DNA of 64,000 nt from an uncultured Chloroflexia bacterium (lineage in GTDB: Bacteria > Chloroflexota > Limnocylindria > Limnocylindrales > CSP1-4), in NCBI GenBank assembly GCA_963833285.1, contig CAWHXM010000005.1:675448-739447 (forward strand), written 5' to 3'. The position numbers and the translations under genes were made by a program. Of this stretch, positions 10,283-19,001 are shown piece by piece (positions within the stretch are counted from its first letter, which is position 1; the number at the start of each line of letters is the position of its first letter). The notes below the pieces were generated by a model. The model was not told where the DNA came from. It saw only the letters and a list, made by a program, of their open reading frames with translations, and did no database searches.

Positions 10283-11065
10283 ATGACCACGATGCGAGAC
10301 GCACCCACCTCGGTCCTGGAGCCCCCGCCGCGACCCGCGGCGCCGCCGGTATCGGTCGTTGCCGAGACGCGGCGGAAGCTGCTGGGAGTCGCCCGCACCG
10401 CGCTGGCCGTCGCGACTGGCCGCGCCACCTGGGAGGAGCTCGAGCGCGAGCTCGCGCGGGACGATGGCGGGGAACGGCAGGCGGGCGCCTTCGTGACGCT
10501 GACCGACGCGGGTCGCCTGCGCGGCTGCATGGGCAGTCTCGACCCCCGGCTGCGGCTGGCCGAGAGCGTGGCCGTCGCCGCGCTGGACGCGGCCCTCGAC
10601 GACCCGCGGTTCCTGCCCCTGCGCGCCGACGAGCTCCCGGCGATCCACGTCGACGTCTCCGTGCTGGGTCGCCCGGCGCCGATCGACGGGCCCGGGTCCT
10701 TCAGGCCGGGGCTCGACGGCGTGATCGTGGAAGGCCGCGGGCGTCGCGCGTTCCTGCTCCCGGAGGTCGCCACCGAGTTCTCGTGGGGCGCGACCGAGAT
10801 GTTCGACGCCGCATGCGGCAAGGCCGGCCTGCCAGCCGGAGCGTGGTGCGAGCCCGGGATACGCCTGAGCGCGTTCCGCACGGCCCGGTTCGGGGGTCCG
10901 GCGATCGCGACCCGGCAGCGGCCCGTCGATCGCGGAGGACCTGCCGACGGCAGTCGCGCCGACGTGTCAGATCCCGGTGTGCGCCTCGAGCTTCCCCACC
11001 CGGACCGCCGCGACGAGCGCCGCGTGATCGCGTTCGGTCTGGTCGGCGTAGGTCACGGCGAATGA
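10283..11065 (+). CDS. AmmeMemoRadiSam system protein A (AMMECR1 domain)
   Basis: GAFVTLTDAGRLRGCMGSLDP...LDDPRF.PL...VSVL...GVIVEGRGRRAFLLPEV is the AMMECR1 core. It is intact in one frame. The last roughly 100 nt overlap the convergent DUF2252 gene. Confidence 0.75.
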   Translation: MTTMRDAPTSVLEPPPRPAAPPVSVVAETRRKLLGVARTALAVATGRATWEELERELARDDGGERQAGAFVTLTDAGRLRGCMGSLDPRLRLAESVAVAALDAALDDPRFLPLRADELPAIHVDVSVLGRPAPIDGPGSFRPGLDGVIVEGRGRRAFLLPEVATEFSWGATEMFDAACGKAGLPAGAWCEPGIRLSAFRTARFGGPAIATRQRPVDRGGPADGSRADVSDPGVRLELPHPDRRDERRVIAFGLVGVGHGE

Positions 11066-12361
11066 CGCCAGTGCCTCGTCGAAGCGAGGCCCCCGCCCCA
11101 GATACCCGGCGATCTCCGCGGGATTGCCCGATCGAGCGTGGGCTCGCGCGAGTGCCCAGGCGCAGACCTCCCCGTACAGGCCCATGCCGGGCGAGCGGAG
11201 CCCGCCGATGTCGAAGCCGTACTTCATGTCGTGGAGCTGGCGGACGTAGTACTCCGTGCCGGTGACGGGCGACTTGGTCCAGCCCAGGAAGCTGTCCGAC
11301 AGCGCCTGCATGATCCGCTGGCCGGTCACGACCCGTTCGCCCTGGTGGCGAGAGCGCCGGCCGCGGACGTACGGAGCGAGGACCGACTCGCGTGCCTCCT
11401 TGACCTGGAGGATCAGCGGACCGCCCGCCGGGCCCGCGAACATCGCGACGTAGCAGCGCGTGCCGACGCTGCCGACGCCGACGACCTTGAGCGCCACATC
11501 GAGCAGTCGGTGCTTCTCGACGAGGATCCTCCGATCCGGCCGCAGCGACCGCACGTACGAGCGGTAGAGGTAGGGGAAGGCCGATCGACCCGGGTCGTCA
11601 TCGGGCAGCCGCACGATGAGCGGCGGCCGGTCGCGGATGAGATAGCCGCCGCCCGGCACCTTGGTCGACAGCTTGCCGAGGGCCGCGAGGTGGTCCTTGC
11701 GCTGTGCTTCCTCGATGGAGAAATCCAGGCCGAGGTGGCCGACCGCGGCGGCCCGCGCCTGCTCCACCCGCTCGAGGATGTGTTCGATCGGGATGGCCGC
11801 GTACCAGACCTGCAGGGCGCGCATCGAGGCGTACGTCCGGATCCAGCGACGATACTCGCGCCCGGCCGAGCGCGCGATGTCACGGCAGACGTCCTCCGGA
11901 TAGCCGTTCTCGCGCGATGCGACGACGAGGCTCGCCGCCAGGCGCTTGAGATCCCACTCCCAGGGTCCACGGGACGTCTCGTCGAAGTCATTCAGATCGA
12001 AGACGAGTCGCCGTTCGGGGCTGGCGTACACCCCGAAGTTGGCGAGATGGGCGTCGCCGCACAGCTGGACGACCGACCCCATCGTCGGCGTCGACGCGAG
12101 GTCGGCGGCCATCACCGCGGCGGAGCCGCGCAGGAAGGCGAATGGCGACGCGAGCATCCGCCCGATCCGGATCGGCACCAGCTCCGGGAGCCGTCCCTCG
12201 TTCGTCGCGCGCATCGCGGCGACCGGGTCGACGCGGTCGGGAGTTGGTGTCCACGCGGCGTGCTGCCGACGCGGGATCGCGCCGCGCCGCTCACGGCCGC
12301 GCTCGAGCGCGAAAACGGCGGGACTGTCGGGCGGCAACGCCCTGACCGGGTCGCTCAGCAT
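10967..12361 (-). CDS. DUF2252 domain-containing protein
   Basis: 464-aa ORF. RIGRMLASPFAFLRGSAAVMAADLA...CGDAHLANFG...FDLNDFDE is characteristic of DUF2252. Confidence 0.75.
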   Translation of the reverse strand: MLSDPVRALPPDSPAVFALERGRERRGAIPRRQHAAWTPTPDRVDPVAAMRATNEGRLPELVPIRIGRMLASPFAFLRGSAAVMAADLASTPTMGSVVQLCGDAHLANFGVYASPERRLVFDLNDFDETSRGPWEWDLKRLAASLVVASRENGYPEDVCRDIARSAGREYRRWIRTYASMRALQVWYAAIPIEHILERVEQARAAAVGHLGLDFSIEEAQRKDHLAALGKLSTKVPGGGYLIRDRPPLIVRLPDDDPGRSAFPYLYRSYVRSLRPDRRILVEKHRLLDVALKVVGVGSVGTRCYVAMFAGPAGGPLILQVKEARESVLAPYVRGRRSRHQGERVVTGQRIMQALSDSFLGWTKSPVTGTEYYVRQLHDMKYGFDIGGLRSPGMGLYGEVCAWALARAHARSGNPAEIAGYLGRGPRFDEALASFAVTYADQTERDHAALVAAVRVGKLEAHTGI

Positions 12362-12400
12362 CGGGACTCCTTCGTGGCGGGAGATTGTACCGGCGCACTA

Positions 12401-12422
12401 GAATTCAACAGACGTTGAATTC
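12401..12422. promoter_or_regulatory. Perfect 9-4-9 inverted repeat GAATTCAAC-AGAC-GTTGAATTC, a candidate TetR operator
   Basis: Read directly from the sequence. It lies in the 92-bp gap between the divergent DUF2252 gene and the ABC-2 exporter operon, whose third gene is a TetR regulator. Confidence 0.45.
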
Positions 12423-12453
12423 CGATCCGGGGTCGCAACGCGAGGTGGCGGAC

Positions 12454-13212
12454 GTGGCGGTCGTCGACGGCGCGGGAGGACCGGCCGGGGCGGGCCCGGC
12501 GGTGGTCGCCGAGGGGCTGGTCAAGGTCTTCGGGACGATCCGCGCCGTGGACGACGTCAGCTTCGAGCTCGCGGCGGGCCGGATCTACGGCCTGCTCGGC
12601 CCGAACGGGTCCGGGAAGACCACGCTGATCCGCCTCCTGGCCGGCCTGACGCCGGCGACGTCGGGACATGCGGAGATCCTCGGGAACCGGATGCCATCGC
12701 GGCCGACCCTCGGGCGCATCGGATACATGACCCAGAGCGACGGGATCTACCCGGCGCTGACGGTCGGTGAGAACGCGCGGTTCTTCGCGGCGACGTACGG
12801 CGTCCGCGGATCGGGAGCCGTGCTCGAGGCGCTCCGCCTGGTCGATCTCGCCGATCGGATCGACTCGATCGCGGGGACGTTGTCGGGCGGCCAGCGCCGG
12901 CGCCTCTCGCTGGCATGCGCGCTCATCCACCGCCCACCGGTCCTCTTCCTCGACGAGCCGACGGTCGGCATCGATCCGCTCCTGCGGGTCGAGTTCTGGA
13001 CCCACTTCCGCACATTGGCCGACGATGGCACGACGATCATCGTCTCGAGCCACGTGATGGACGAAGCGGATCGCTGCGACGAGCTCCTGTTCATCCGGTC
13101 CGGCAAGGTCATCGCGCGAGGGACCGGCCGCGAGGTGCGCGACCAGGCCGGGACCGACGACCTCGAGCAGGCGTTTCTCCACCTCAGCGGCACCGTGGAG
13201 GCGACCCGATGA
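12454..13212 (+). CDS. ABC transporter ATP-binding protein (ABC-2/DrrA-like)
   Basis: Walker A GPNGSGKTT, signature LSGGQRRRL, Walker B LFLDEPT. The GTG at 12454 lies after GAGGTGG. An alternative GTG at 12445 is possible. Confidence 0.85.
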   Translation: MAVVDGAGGPAGAGPAVVAEGLVKVFGTIRAVDDVSFELAAGRIYGLLGPNGSGKTTLIRLLAGLTPATSGHAEILGNRMPSRPTLGRIGYMTQSDGIYPALTVGENARFFAATYGVRGSGAVLEALRLVDLADRIDSIAGTLSGGQRRRLSLACALIHRPPVLFLDEPTVGIDPLLRVEFWTHFRTLADDGTTIIVSSHVMDEADRCDELLFIRSGKVIARGTGREVRDQAGTDDLEQAFLHLSGTVEATR

Positions 13213-14354
13213 GCCGCCGCCGGATCGCGGCCCTCTTCCGTCGCGTCAGCCAGGAGATCCGGCGCGACCGGCCGTCGCTCGGCCTGCTGTTCATCGCGCC
13301 CATCCTCGTGACCGGCCTCCTCACGTTCATCCTGCGCGAAGGCCAGGCACCGACCGTCGACGCCGTCATCGTCAACGAGGCCGGCCCGCCGGGGCTCGTC
13401 GCGGCCGATGCGCTGCGGACGGCGCTCGAGGGCCAGGGCGGCACGGTTCGCCTGGTCCCGGACACTGCAGCCGCCCGTGCGGCGATCGAGAACGGGTCCG
13501 CGACGGTCGCGATCACGTTCCCGTCCCGTCTCGGCACCGGCGGCGCGGCGACGATCACGATCCTGACCGACGGCCTCGACCCGTCGGGCGAAGCGGCCCA
13601 GGTCGGCGCCCTGCAGCGGGCGCTGGTCGCGGCTGCGGTCGGCGCCATCGGGTCGAGCCTCCCGGCCATCGAGCACACGACGCTGTACGGCCCGCCGAGC
13701 ACCGACCCGGTGACGAACTTCGCGCCGGCGATGGTCGGATTCTTCGCCTACTTCTTCGTCTACCTGCTCACCGGCGTGAGCTTCCTGCGCGAGCGGACCG
13801 GTGGGACGCTGGAGCGCCTCATGGCCACGCCCGTCCGGCGCGGCGAGGTCGTCAGCGGGTACATCCTGGGGTTCGGGCTGTTCGCGACGATCCAGGTCGC
13901 CGTGCTGATGACCTGGGTCCTGGCCAGTCTCCACGTCCCGGCCATCGGCCCGTTCCCCGGTTTCGCGGTGGGCCTCGGCGTGCCGATCGCCGGCAGCCCG
14001 CTGCTCGCCTTCCTCGTCGTCGTCATGACCGCCCTCGGCGCGGTCAGCCTCGGCATCTTCCTGTCGACGTTCGCCCGCACCGAATTGCAGGTCATCCAGT
14101 TCATCCCGCTGGTGCTCGTCCCGCAGTTCCTGCTGTCGGGGGTGCTGTTCCCGGTCAGCAGCCTGCCCGCGATCATCCAGCCGCTCGTCGCGCTGATGCC
14201 GCTGACGTACACGGTCGACGCACTCCGGCTCGTGTTCATCGCCGACGCCGACCTCGCCACGGCGGCGTTCCAGCTCGACCTGCTCGTCCTCGCCCTGGTC
14301 GCCGTGTTCTTCGCGACGATCGCGTCGCTGACCATCCGCCGGGACGTCACCTGA
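13209..14354 (+). CDS. ABC-2 type transporter permease
   Basis: ATGA overlap with the ATPase gene. An N-terminal TM segment, a large loop and then 5 C-terminal TM segments give ABC-2 topology. Confidence 0.8.
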   Translation: MSRRRIAALFRRVSQEIRRDRPSLGLLFIAPILVTGLLTFILREGQAPTVDAVIVNEAGPPGLVAADALRTALEGQGGTVRLVPDTAAARAAIENGSATVAITFPSRLGTGGAATITILTDGLDPSGEAAQVGALQRALVAAAVGAIGSSLPAIEHTTLYGPPSTDPVTNFAPAMVGFFAYFFVYLLTGVSFLRERTGGTLERLMATPVRRGEVVSGYILGFGLFATIQVAVLMTWVLASLHVPAIGPFPGFAVGLGVPIAGSPLLAFLVVVMTALGAVSLGIFLSTFARTELQVIQFIPLVLVPQFLLSGVLFPVSSLPAIIQPLVALMPLTYTVDALRLVFIADADLATAAFQLDLLVLALVAVFFATIASLTIRRDVT

Positions 14355-14355
14355 C

Positions 14356-15024
14356 GTGTCGGGCCGACCGGGCGGCGGTGCGGGCGCGAGCAGACGTTCG
14401 CCGCGGACCGGCCGACGGCCCGGTTCCAGCGACGCACGGGCCCGGATCCTGGCTGCCGCCCGCGAAGGGTTCGGCGAGCGTGGCTTCGACGGCACGACCA
14501 TCCGCGGCATCGCCTCCCGGGCGGGCGTCGACCCGGCCCTCGTCCACCACTACTTCGGCTCGAAGCAACGATTGTTCGTCGCCGCGATGGAGTTCCCCGT
14601 CGACTTCGCGGCGGCGATCCCTCGCCTGCTCGCCGGGCCACGGGAGAGCCTCGGCGAGCGGCTCGTCAGCTATCTCCTCGATGTCTGGGAGGCACCGACC
14701 GTCCGCCCGTTGCTGATCGGGTTGCTGCGCTCAGCAGCGTCGGACCCGCTGGCCGCCGGCATGCTGCGCGGCTACCTCGCCGACGGACCGATGGTCGCGC
14801 TGGCGAAGGCCAGCGATCGCCCGGACGCGACCCTCAGGGCGGTGCTCGCCGGGTCGCAGCTCATCGGTCTCGCGCTGGCACGCCACGTCGTCCGCGTCGA
14901 ACCGCTCGCGTCGGCCCCCCGCGAGCTGCTCGTCCGGACGATCGGGCCGACGATCGAGCGCTACCTCACCGGCGAGCTCGACGGGCCCGAGGAGCCAGCG
15001 GGGCTCAGTCGAACGAACGGATGA
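14356..15024 (+). CDS. TetR/AcrR family transcriptional regulator
   Basis: ARILAAAREGFGERGFDGTTIRGIASRAGVDPALVHHYFGSKQRLF is the TetR HTH. Confidence 0.85.
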   Translation: MSGRPGGGAGASRRSPRTGRRPGSSDARARILAAAREGFGERGFDGTTIRGIASRAGVDPALVHHYFGSKQRLFVAAMEFPVDFAAAIPRLLAGPRESLGERLVSYLLDVWEAPTVRPLLIGLLRSAASDPLAAGMLRGYLADGPMVALAKASDRPDATLRAVLAGSQLIGLALARHVVRVEPLASAPRELLVRTIGPTIERYLTGELDGPEEPAGLSRTNG

Positions 15025-15940
15025 GCTCGGCTGCCAGATCGAGCGACTCGCCCGGCAGCATCGTGTTGCCGAAGGTGAAGCCGCCGAACCCGGCGTCGAG
15101 GTACTCCCCGAGGACGTCCACGGCCCGGCTCGGGGTGGCAGCGATCAGCGCGCGCCGGCGTTCGGGCGGGATCTCCGCGAGACGCGCATCGCCCTCGCGC
15201 TCGTCGGCGACGAGCAGGACCGGCGCCGCCATCGTCCGCGTGATCGACGCTGGATCCCGGCCGATCTCCTCGCAGTAGCGCTCCAGCAGCTCGGTCTTGT
15301 GGCGGAGGGCCTCCATGCCGAGCGGGAACCAGTGCGCGTAGTCGGCGTGACGCGCCACGAGCCGGAGCGTCCGCTGCTCCCCGCCGCCACCGATCAGGAT
15401 CCGCGGACCACCGGGCTGGATCGGGCGCGGCCGGTTGAGCGCTTCCTCGATCCGATAGAACCGGCCCTCGAATGTCGGGCGCTCCTCGGTGAACATGCGC
15501 CGGCAGATCGTGAGCGTCTCATCGAGGCGGTCCATCCGCTCGCCGACGCGCGGGAAGTCGAACCCGTAGCCGCGGTGTTCGGAATCGTTCCACGCCGCTC
15601 CGAGGCCCAGGATCGCCCGGCCGCCGGAGATGACATCCAGCGTGGTCACGGTCTTCGCCAGGAGCGCCGGGTTCCGGTAGGTCACGCCGGTCACGAGCGC
15701 TCCAACGCGTACCCGTGACGTCCGCGCGGCGATCGCGGACAGCGTGCTGTATGCCTCGAGCATCGGCGCGTCCTCCGGGCCGACGCCGACGATCTGGTAG
15801 AAGTGGTCCATGACCGTGACCAGGTCGAAGCCCGCCGCTTCCGCCCGGACCGCCAGGCCGGCCACGTGCTCGAACAGCCCCTCGGGCGGGACCGACGGGA
15901 AAGTGTAGTTGGGAAGGTGGTAGCCGAACAGCGGGCGCAT
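15005..15940 (-). CDS. LLM class (luciferase-like) F420-dependent oxidoreductase
   Basis: MRPLFGYHLPNY...VMDHF...LGLGAAWNDSEHRGYGFDF. The ATG at 15940 is preceded by GAGG. Confidence 0.8.
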   Translation of the reverse strand: MRPLFGYHLPNYTFPSVPPEGLFEHVAGLAVRAEAAGFDLVTVMDHFYQIVGVGPEDAPMLEAYSTLSAIAARTSRVRVGALVTGVTYRNPALLAKTVTTLDVISGGRAILGLGAAWNDSEHRGYGFDFPRVGERMDRLDETLTICRRMFTEERPTFEGRFYRIEEALNRPRPIQPGGPRILIGGGGEQRTLRLVARHADYAHWFPLGMEALRHKTELLERYCEEIGRDPASITRTMAAPVLLVADEREGDARLAEIPPERRRALIAATPSRAVDVLGEYLDAGFGGFTFGNTMLPGESLDLAAELIRSFD

Positions 15941-16040
15941 CGCTCGAACCTCGGTGGCGGCAGTCGTCGTCATCGTAGCGCTGTGGCCTTCGTGGCGGCC
16001 GCGGTCCGGCCCGTCGACGGGCGGGCGGGCGTGCCGCGAG

Positions 16041-16910
16041 TCAGCCGGCTCGGAGTCGATAGACACGCTCAGCGTTGCCGCCGAGCACCGCGTCCCGTTC
16101 GTCCGGGCCCAGGGCGCCCAGCCATCGCTGCGTGGCCTCCACCACCTGGTCATAGGTGCTCACCAGCCGGCAGACCGGCCAGTCCGACCCGAACAGGAGA
16201 CGGCCCGGCCCGAACGCCTCGATCGCGACCTCCACCGACGGCGCGATCTCGTCGGCGGTCCACCCTGGACCGGCGGCGGTATCGAGACCGGACACCTTGG
16301 CCACGACATTCGGCCGCAGTGCCGCGGTTTCCAGCTCGCGTCGCCACTGCTCCCAGCCGGCAGCGCGGATCGGCGGCTTGGCGAGGTGGTCGATGACGAA
16401 GGTGAGGTCGGGATGGTCGTCGGCGATCCGCGGCACGTGTCCGAGGTGGTTCGGAAAGACGGCCACCACGTCGAATGCCAGGCCGAAGGCCGACAGTGCC
16501 CGCAATCCCTCGGCGACGTCGGCCCGCAGCAGCCAGTCCGGGTCGGGTTCGTGATGGATGAGGTGACGGATGCCCTTGAGGCCGCGGTCCAGGCGGGCCT
16601 CGATGACCGCCGACGCGGCGCCCGCATCGGTCAGCGGGGCCCAGCCGACGACCCCGACGATCCAGTCGTTCGCCGCCTTCGCCTCAAGCATCGAGTCGGT
16701 GTCGGCGAGGTGGTCGGCTGCCTGGACGAGGACCGTGCCATCGATCCCGGCAGCTCGCAGCTCGGGAGCCAGGTCGGGCGCCGCGAAGCTCCGGAAGATC
16801 GGCCCGTCCGCGGCGGTCGGCCAGGCATAGCCTCCGGTCGCCAGGTCCCAGAAATGCTGGTGCGCGTCGATGCGTCTGTGCGTGCCGGCCACCACGAGCG
16901 CTCCCTCCAT
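16041..16910 (-). CDS. Amidohydrolase family protein (amidohydrolase_2, fuconolactonase-like)
   Basis: RIDAHQHFWD metal-binding motif, plus ...IDHLAKP...FGSDWPV. Confidence 0.8.
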   Translation of the reverse strand: MEGALVVAGTHRRIDAHQHFWDLATGGYAWPTAADGPIFRSFAAPDLAPELRAAGIDGTVLVQAADHLADTDSMLEAKAANDWIVGVVGWAPLTDAGAASAVIEARLDRGLKGIRHLIHHEPDPDWLLRADVAEGLRALSAFGLAFDVVAVFPNHLGHVPRIADDHPDLTFVIDHLAKPPIRAAGWEQWRRELETAALRPNVVAKVSGLDTAAGPGWTADEIAPSVEVAIEAFGPGRLLFGSDWPVCRLVSTYDQVVEATQRWLGALGPDERDAVLGGNAERVYRLRAG

Positions 16911-16993
16911 CGGGTCCCTGAGCGCAGTATCGTGGCTGCCGACCCGATCCGAGCCATCCTCGAGTCGAGGCACCCGATGGCAGGAGGATCCAG

Positions 16994-17389
16994 ATGAGCG
17001 CCAGACTCGCCGACGCATTGATGGTGACGACGATCGCGGTGGCCGACCTCGACCGGTCGAAGGGGTTCTTCGCCGACCAGCTCGGCCTGGCGGTGCTCGA
17101 TGAGCAGCCATTCGCTGTGCGCTTCGGTGCCGGGCACGGGTCCCAGATCTCCGTTCGCCGCGGCCAGCCGAACGTCGGTCAGACGGTGGGTCACTTCGAG
17201 GTCGCCGACATCGAGGCAGTCGTCCGTGAGCTGTCGACGCGCGGTGTTGTCTTCCAGGAGTACGAGACCCCCAGGACGGTCGACTTCATCGCCCAGGTTG
17301 GCCCGGCACGCGCCGCGTGGTTCACCGACCTGGACGGCAACGTCTTCGGGCTTCGTGAAGGACCGGTGCCGGGTGCCGGGCAGGAGTGA
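16994..17389 (+). CDS. VOC family (glyoxalase/bleomycin-resistance fold) protein
   Basis: 131 aa. IAVADLDRSKGFFADQLGL...FEVADIEAVVRELSTRGVVF...FTDLDGNVFGL. Confidence 0.75.
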   Translation: MSARLADALMVTTIAVADLDRSKGFFADQLGLAVLDEQPFAVRFGAGHGSQISVRRGQPNVGQTVGHFEVADIEAVVRELSTRGVVFQEYETPRTVDFIAQVGPARAAWFTDLDGNVFGLREGPVPGAGQE

Positions 17390-17396
17390 CTCGACG

Positions 17397-17642
17397 ATGA
17401 CGGACAGCGACATCTTCGAATTGATCAACGGGCTCTCGGCCGAGGAGGAGCGTCTCTTCGCCGGCGCCGGCGACGGCGGCGGCCTGTCCGCCGAGGACGT
17501 TGAGCGACTCGCCGACATCAAGGTCCAGCTCGACCGTTGCTACGACCTCCTCCATCAACGCCAGGCACGCCGCGATGCGGGACTCGATCCGGCCGATGCT
17601 GAGCCTCGCCCGGCGTCGGTCGTCGAGGGTTACCAGCAATAG
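17397..17642 (+). CDS. Small conserved protein (DUF2630-like)
   Basis: MTDSDIFELINGLSAEEERLF...VQLDRCYDLLHQRQARRDAGLDP. 81 aa, with coding-like GC3. Confidence 0.5.
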   Translation: MTDSDIFELINGLSAEEERLFAGAGDGGGLSAEDVERLADIKVQLDRCYDLLHQRQARRDAGLDPADAEPRPASVVEGYQQ

Positions 17643-17659
17643 TCCCGGCTCGCCCGGCC

Positions 17660-18475
17660 CTAGTGGGTGGGGGCCTCCTGTCCGGCCAGGTCGAGCGCCG
17701 CCCCGGTGGCCACGACGGCCAGGTTGCCGGTCCGCCCCGCGATCTCCACCTCACGTTCGGCGGGCGGGGTCCCGAGGGCGGCCCGGTCCCAGGCGGCACG
17801 GCTCACGAGGAGCTCGCCCGGCCCGGCGAGCCCGCCCAGGCGGGCAGCGATGTTGACCGTGTCGCCGAGTGCCGTGAAGTCGATCTTCTCGCCACCGCCC
17901 ACGACGCCGACGAACGCCTCGCCGGTGTGCACGCCCGCGCCGACCATCAGGCCCTTGCGCGCCAGGCCGTCACGCTCGACGCCGGCCAGGATGGCGCGCC
18001 CCGCCTTGATCGCCCGCCCAGCGTGGTCCTCACCGGTGATGACGGGGATGAACAGGGCCATGACGCCATCGCCGAGGAACTTGTCGACGATGCCGCCGTT
18101 GTCATCGATGGCGGTCGCCGCCGTCCGGTAGTAGGCCTGGATGAGACCCCGGAACTCCGAGGCGGACGTCCGTTCGGCCAGACCGGTCGAGCCGCGCACG
18201 TCCGCGAAGACGACGCTGATCTGGATCTCGGCGCCACCGGGAGACTTCGAGAGCTGCCCGAAGCACGCCTTGCACAGCAGCGGGTTGTCGCGCATCGGTC
18301 CATGCCAGAACAGACGGGCGAACGCCCCGCCCGCTCCGTGGAAGGGCGAGGCGCAGACCTTGCAGCGCGGCGCCGACGGCACGTGTCGCCAGCGCCGACG
18401 GATCCTCTGGAGGCTCTTGTCCTCGCCGGTCAGCAACGCCCGCCACTGCGTGGTGACGGGGTCTTCGTCGAGCAT
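17660..18475 (-). CDS. Class III adenylate/guanylate cyclase with N-terminal double-CxxC zinc-ribbon-like segment
   Basis: Cyclase core VVFADVRGSTGLAE...DKFLGDGVMALF...GVHTGEAFVG...TALGDTVNIAARL. The N-terminus carries CKVC...CKAC. Confidence 0.85.
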   Translation of the reverse strand: MLDEDPVTTQWRALLTGEDKSLQRIRRRWRHVPSAPRCKVCASPFHGAGGAFARLFWHGPMRDNPLLCKACFGQLSKSPGGAEIQISVVFADVRGSTGLAERTSASEFRGLIQAYYRTAATAIDDNGGIVDKFLGDGVMALFIPVITGEDHAGRAIKAGRAILAGVERDGLARKGLMVGAGVHTGEAFVGVVGGGEKIDFTALGDTVNIAARLGGLAGPGELLVSRAAWDRAALGTPPAEREVEIAGRTGNLAVVATGAALDLAGQEAPTH

Positions 18476-18538
18476 GTTCCAGATGGTAGACCCCGTTCAT
18501 CTCGGAAGCGTGACGCGTGCCGCCCGTGGGCGACATTG

Positions 18539-18850
18539 CTACATGACCGGGAACGTCTCCGAGACGACGACCGTGGCGCCACCGGCAAGGACGGGGCAAC
18601 CCTTTGCCAGCTCGACAGCACGATCGAGGTCGTCCGCCTTGACGATCGAGTAGCCGCTGGGAGCCGACGTCGCGTCCATGACCGATCCATCCGGCGAGAT
18701 CGCCCGCGCCTGCGAGATCGGATTGCCGCCGTCGACGAGGGCGTCGCCGAGCGCCCCGAACCAGTTCGTCCAGGCCGTCATGACCTGGCCCTGTTCCTCT
18801 TTCGATTCGGGCATCGAGCCGCCGTGGAAGGTGAGCAGGAAGTTCGCCAT
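18539..18850 (-). CDS. YCII-related small protein
   Basis: MANFLLTFHGGSMPESKEEQGQVMTAWTNWFGALG...GYSIVKADDLDRAVELAKGCPVL. 103 aa. Confidence 0.6.
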   Translation of the reverse strand: MANFLLTFHGGSMPESKEEQGQVMTAWTNWFGALGDALVDGGNPISQARAISPDGSVMDATSAPSGYSIVKADDLDRAVELAKGCPVLAGGATVVVSETFPVM

Positions 18851-19001
18851 CTCGATGGTCCTCCAGTGTCGCGATGCCCTGCGCGTCGCCGCGGTCCAGG
18901 GGGAGAGGCGAGCATCCGTCGCCCTTCCATCGTGACGACGAACGACATCCGTGGAATCGACAACGGCGGGCGTTCGCGCGACGCGGGTGGCAGCGGGAAC
19001 C

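Noticed and set aside
10967-11065. A 99-bp convergent overlap of the AMMECR1 and DUF2252 3' ends as a sign of a fused or antisense-regulated pair.
   Set aside because: The AMMECR1 domain ends near 10900. The tail is low-complexity and may simply reflect a missed stop or a frameshift. There is no independent evidence of function.
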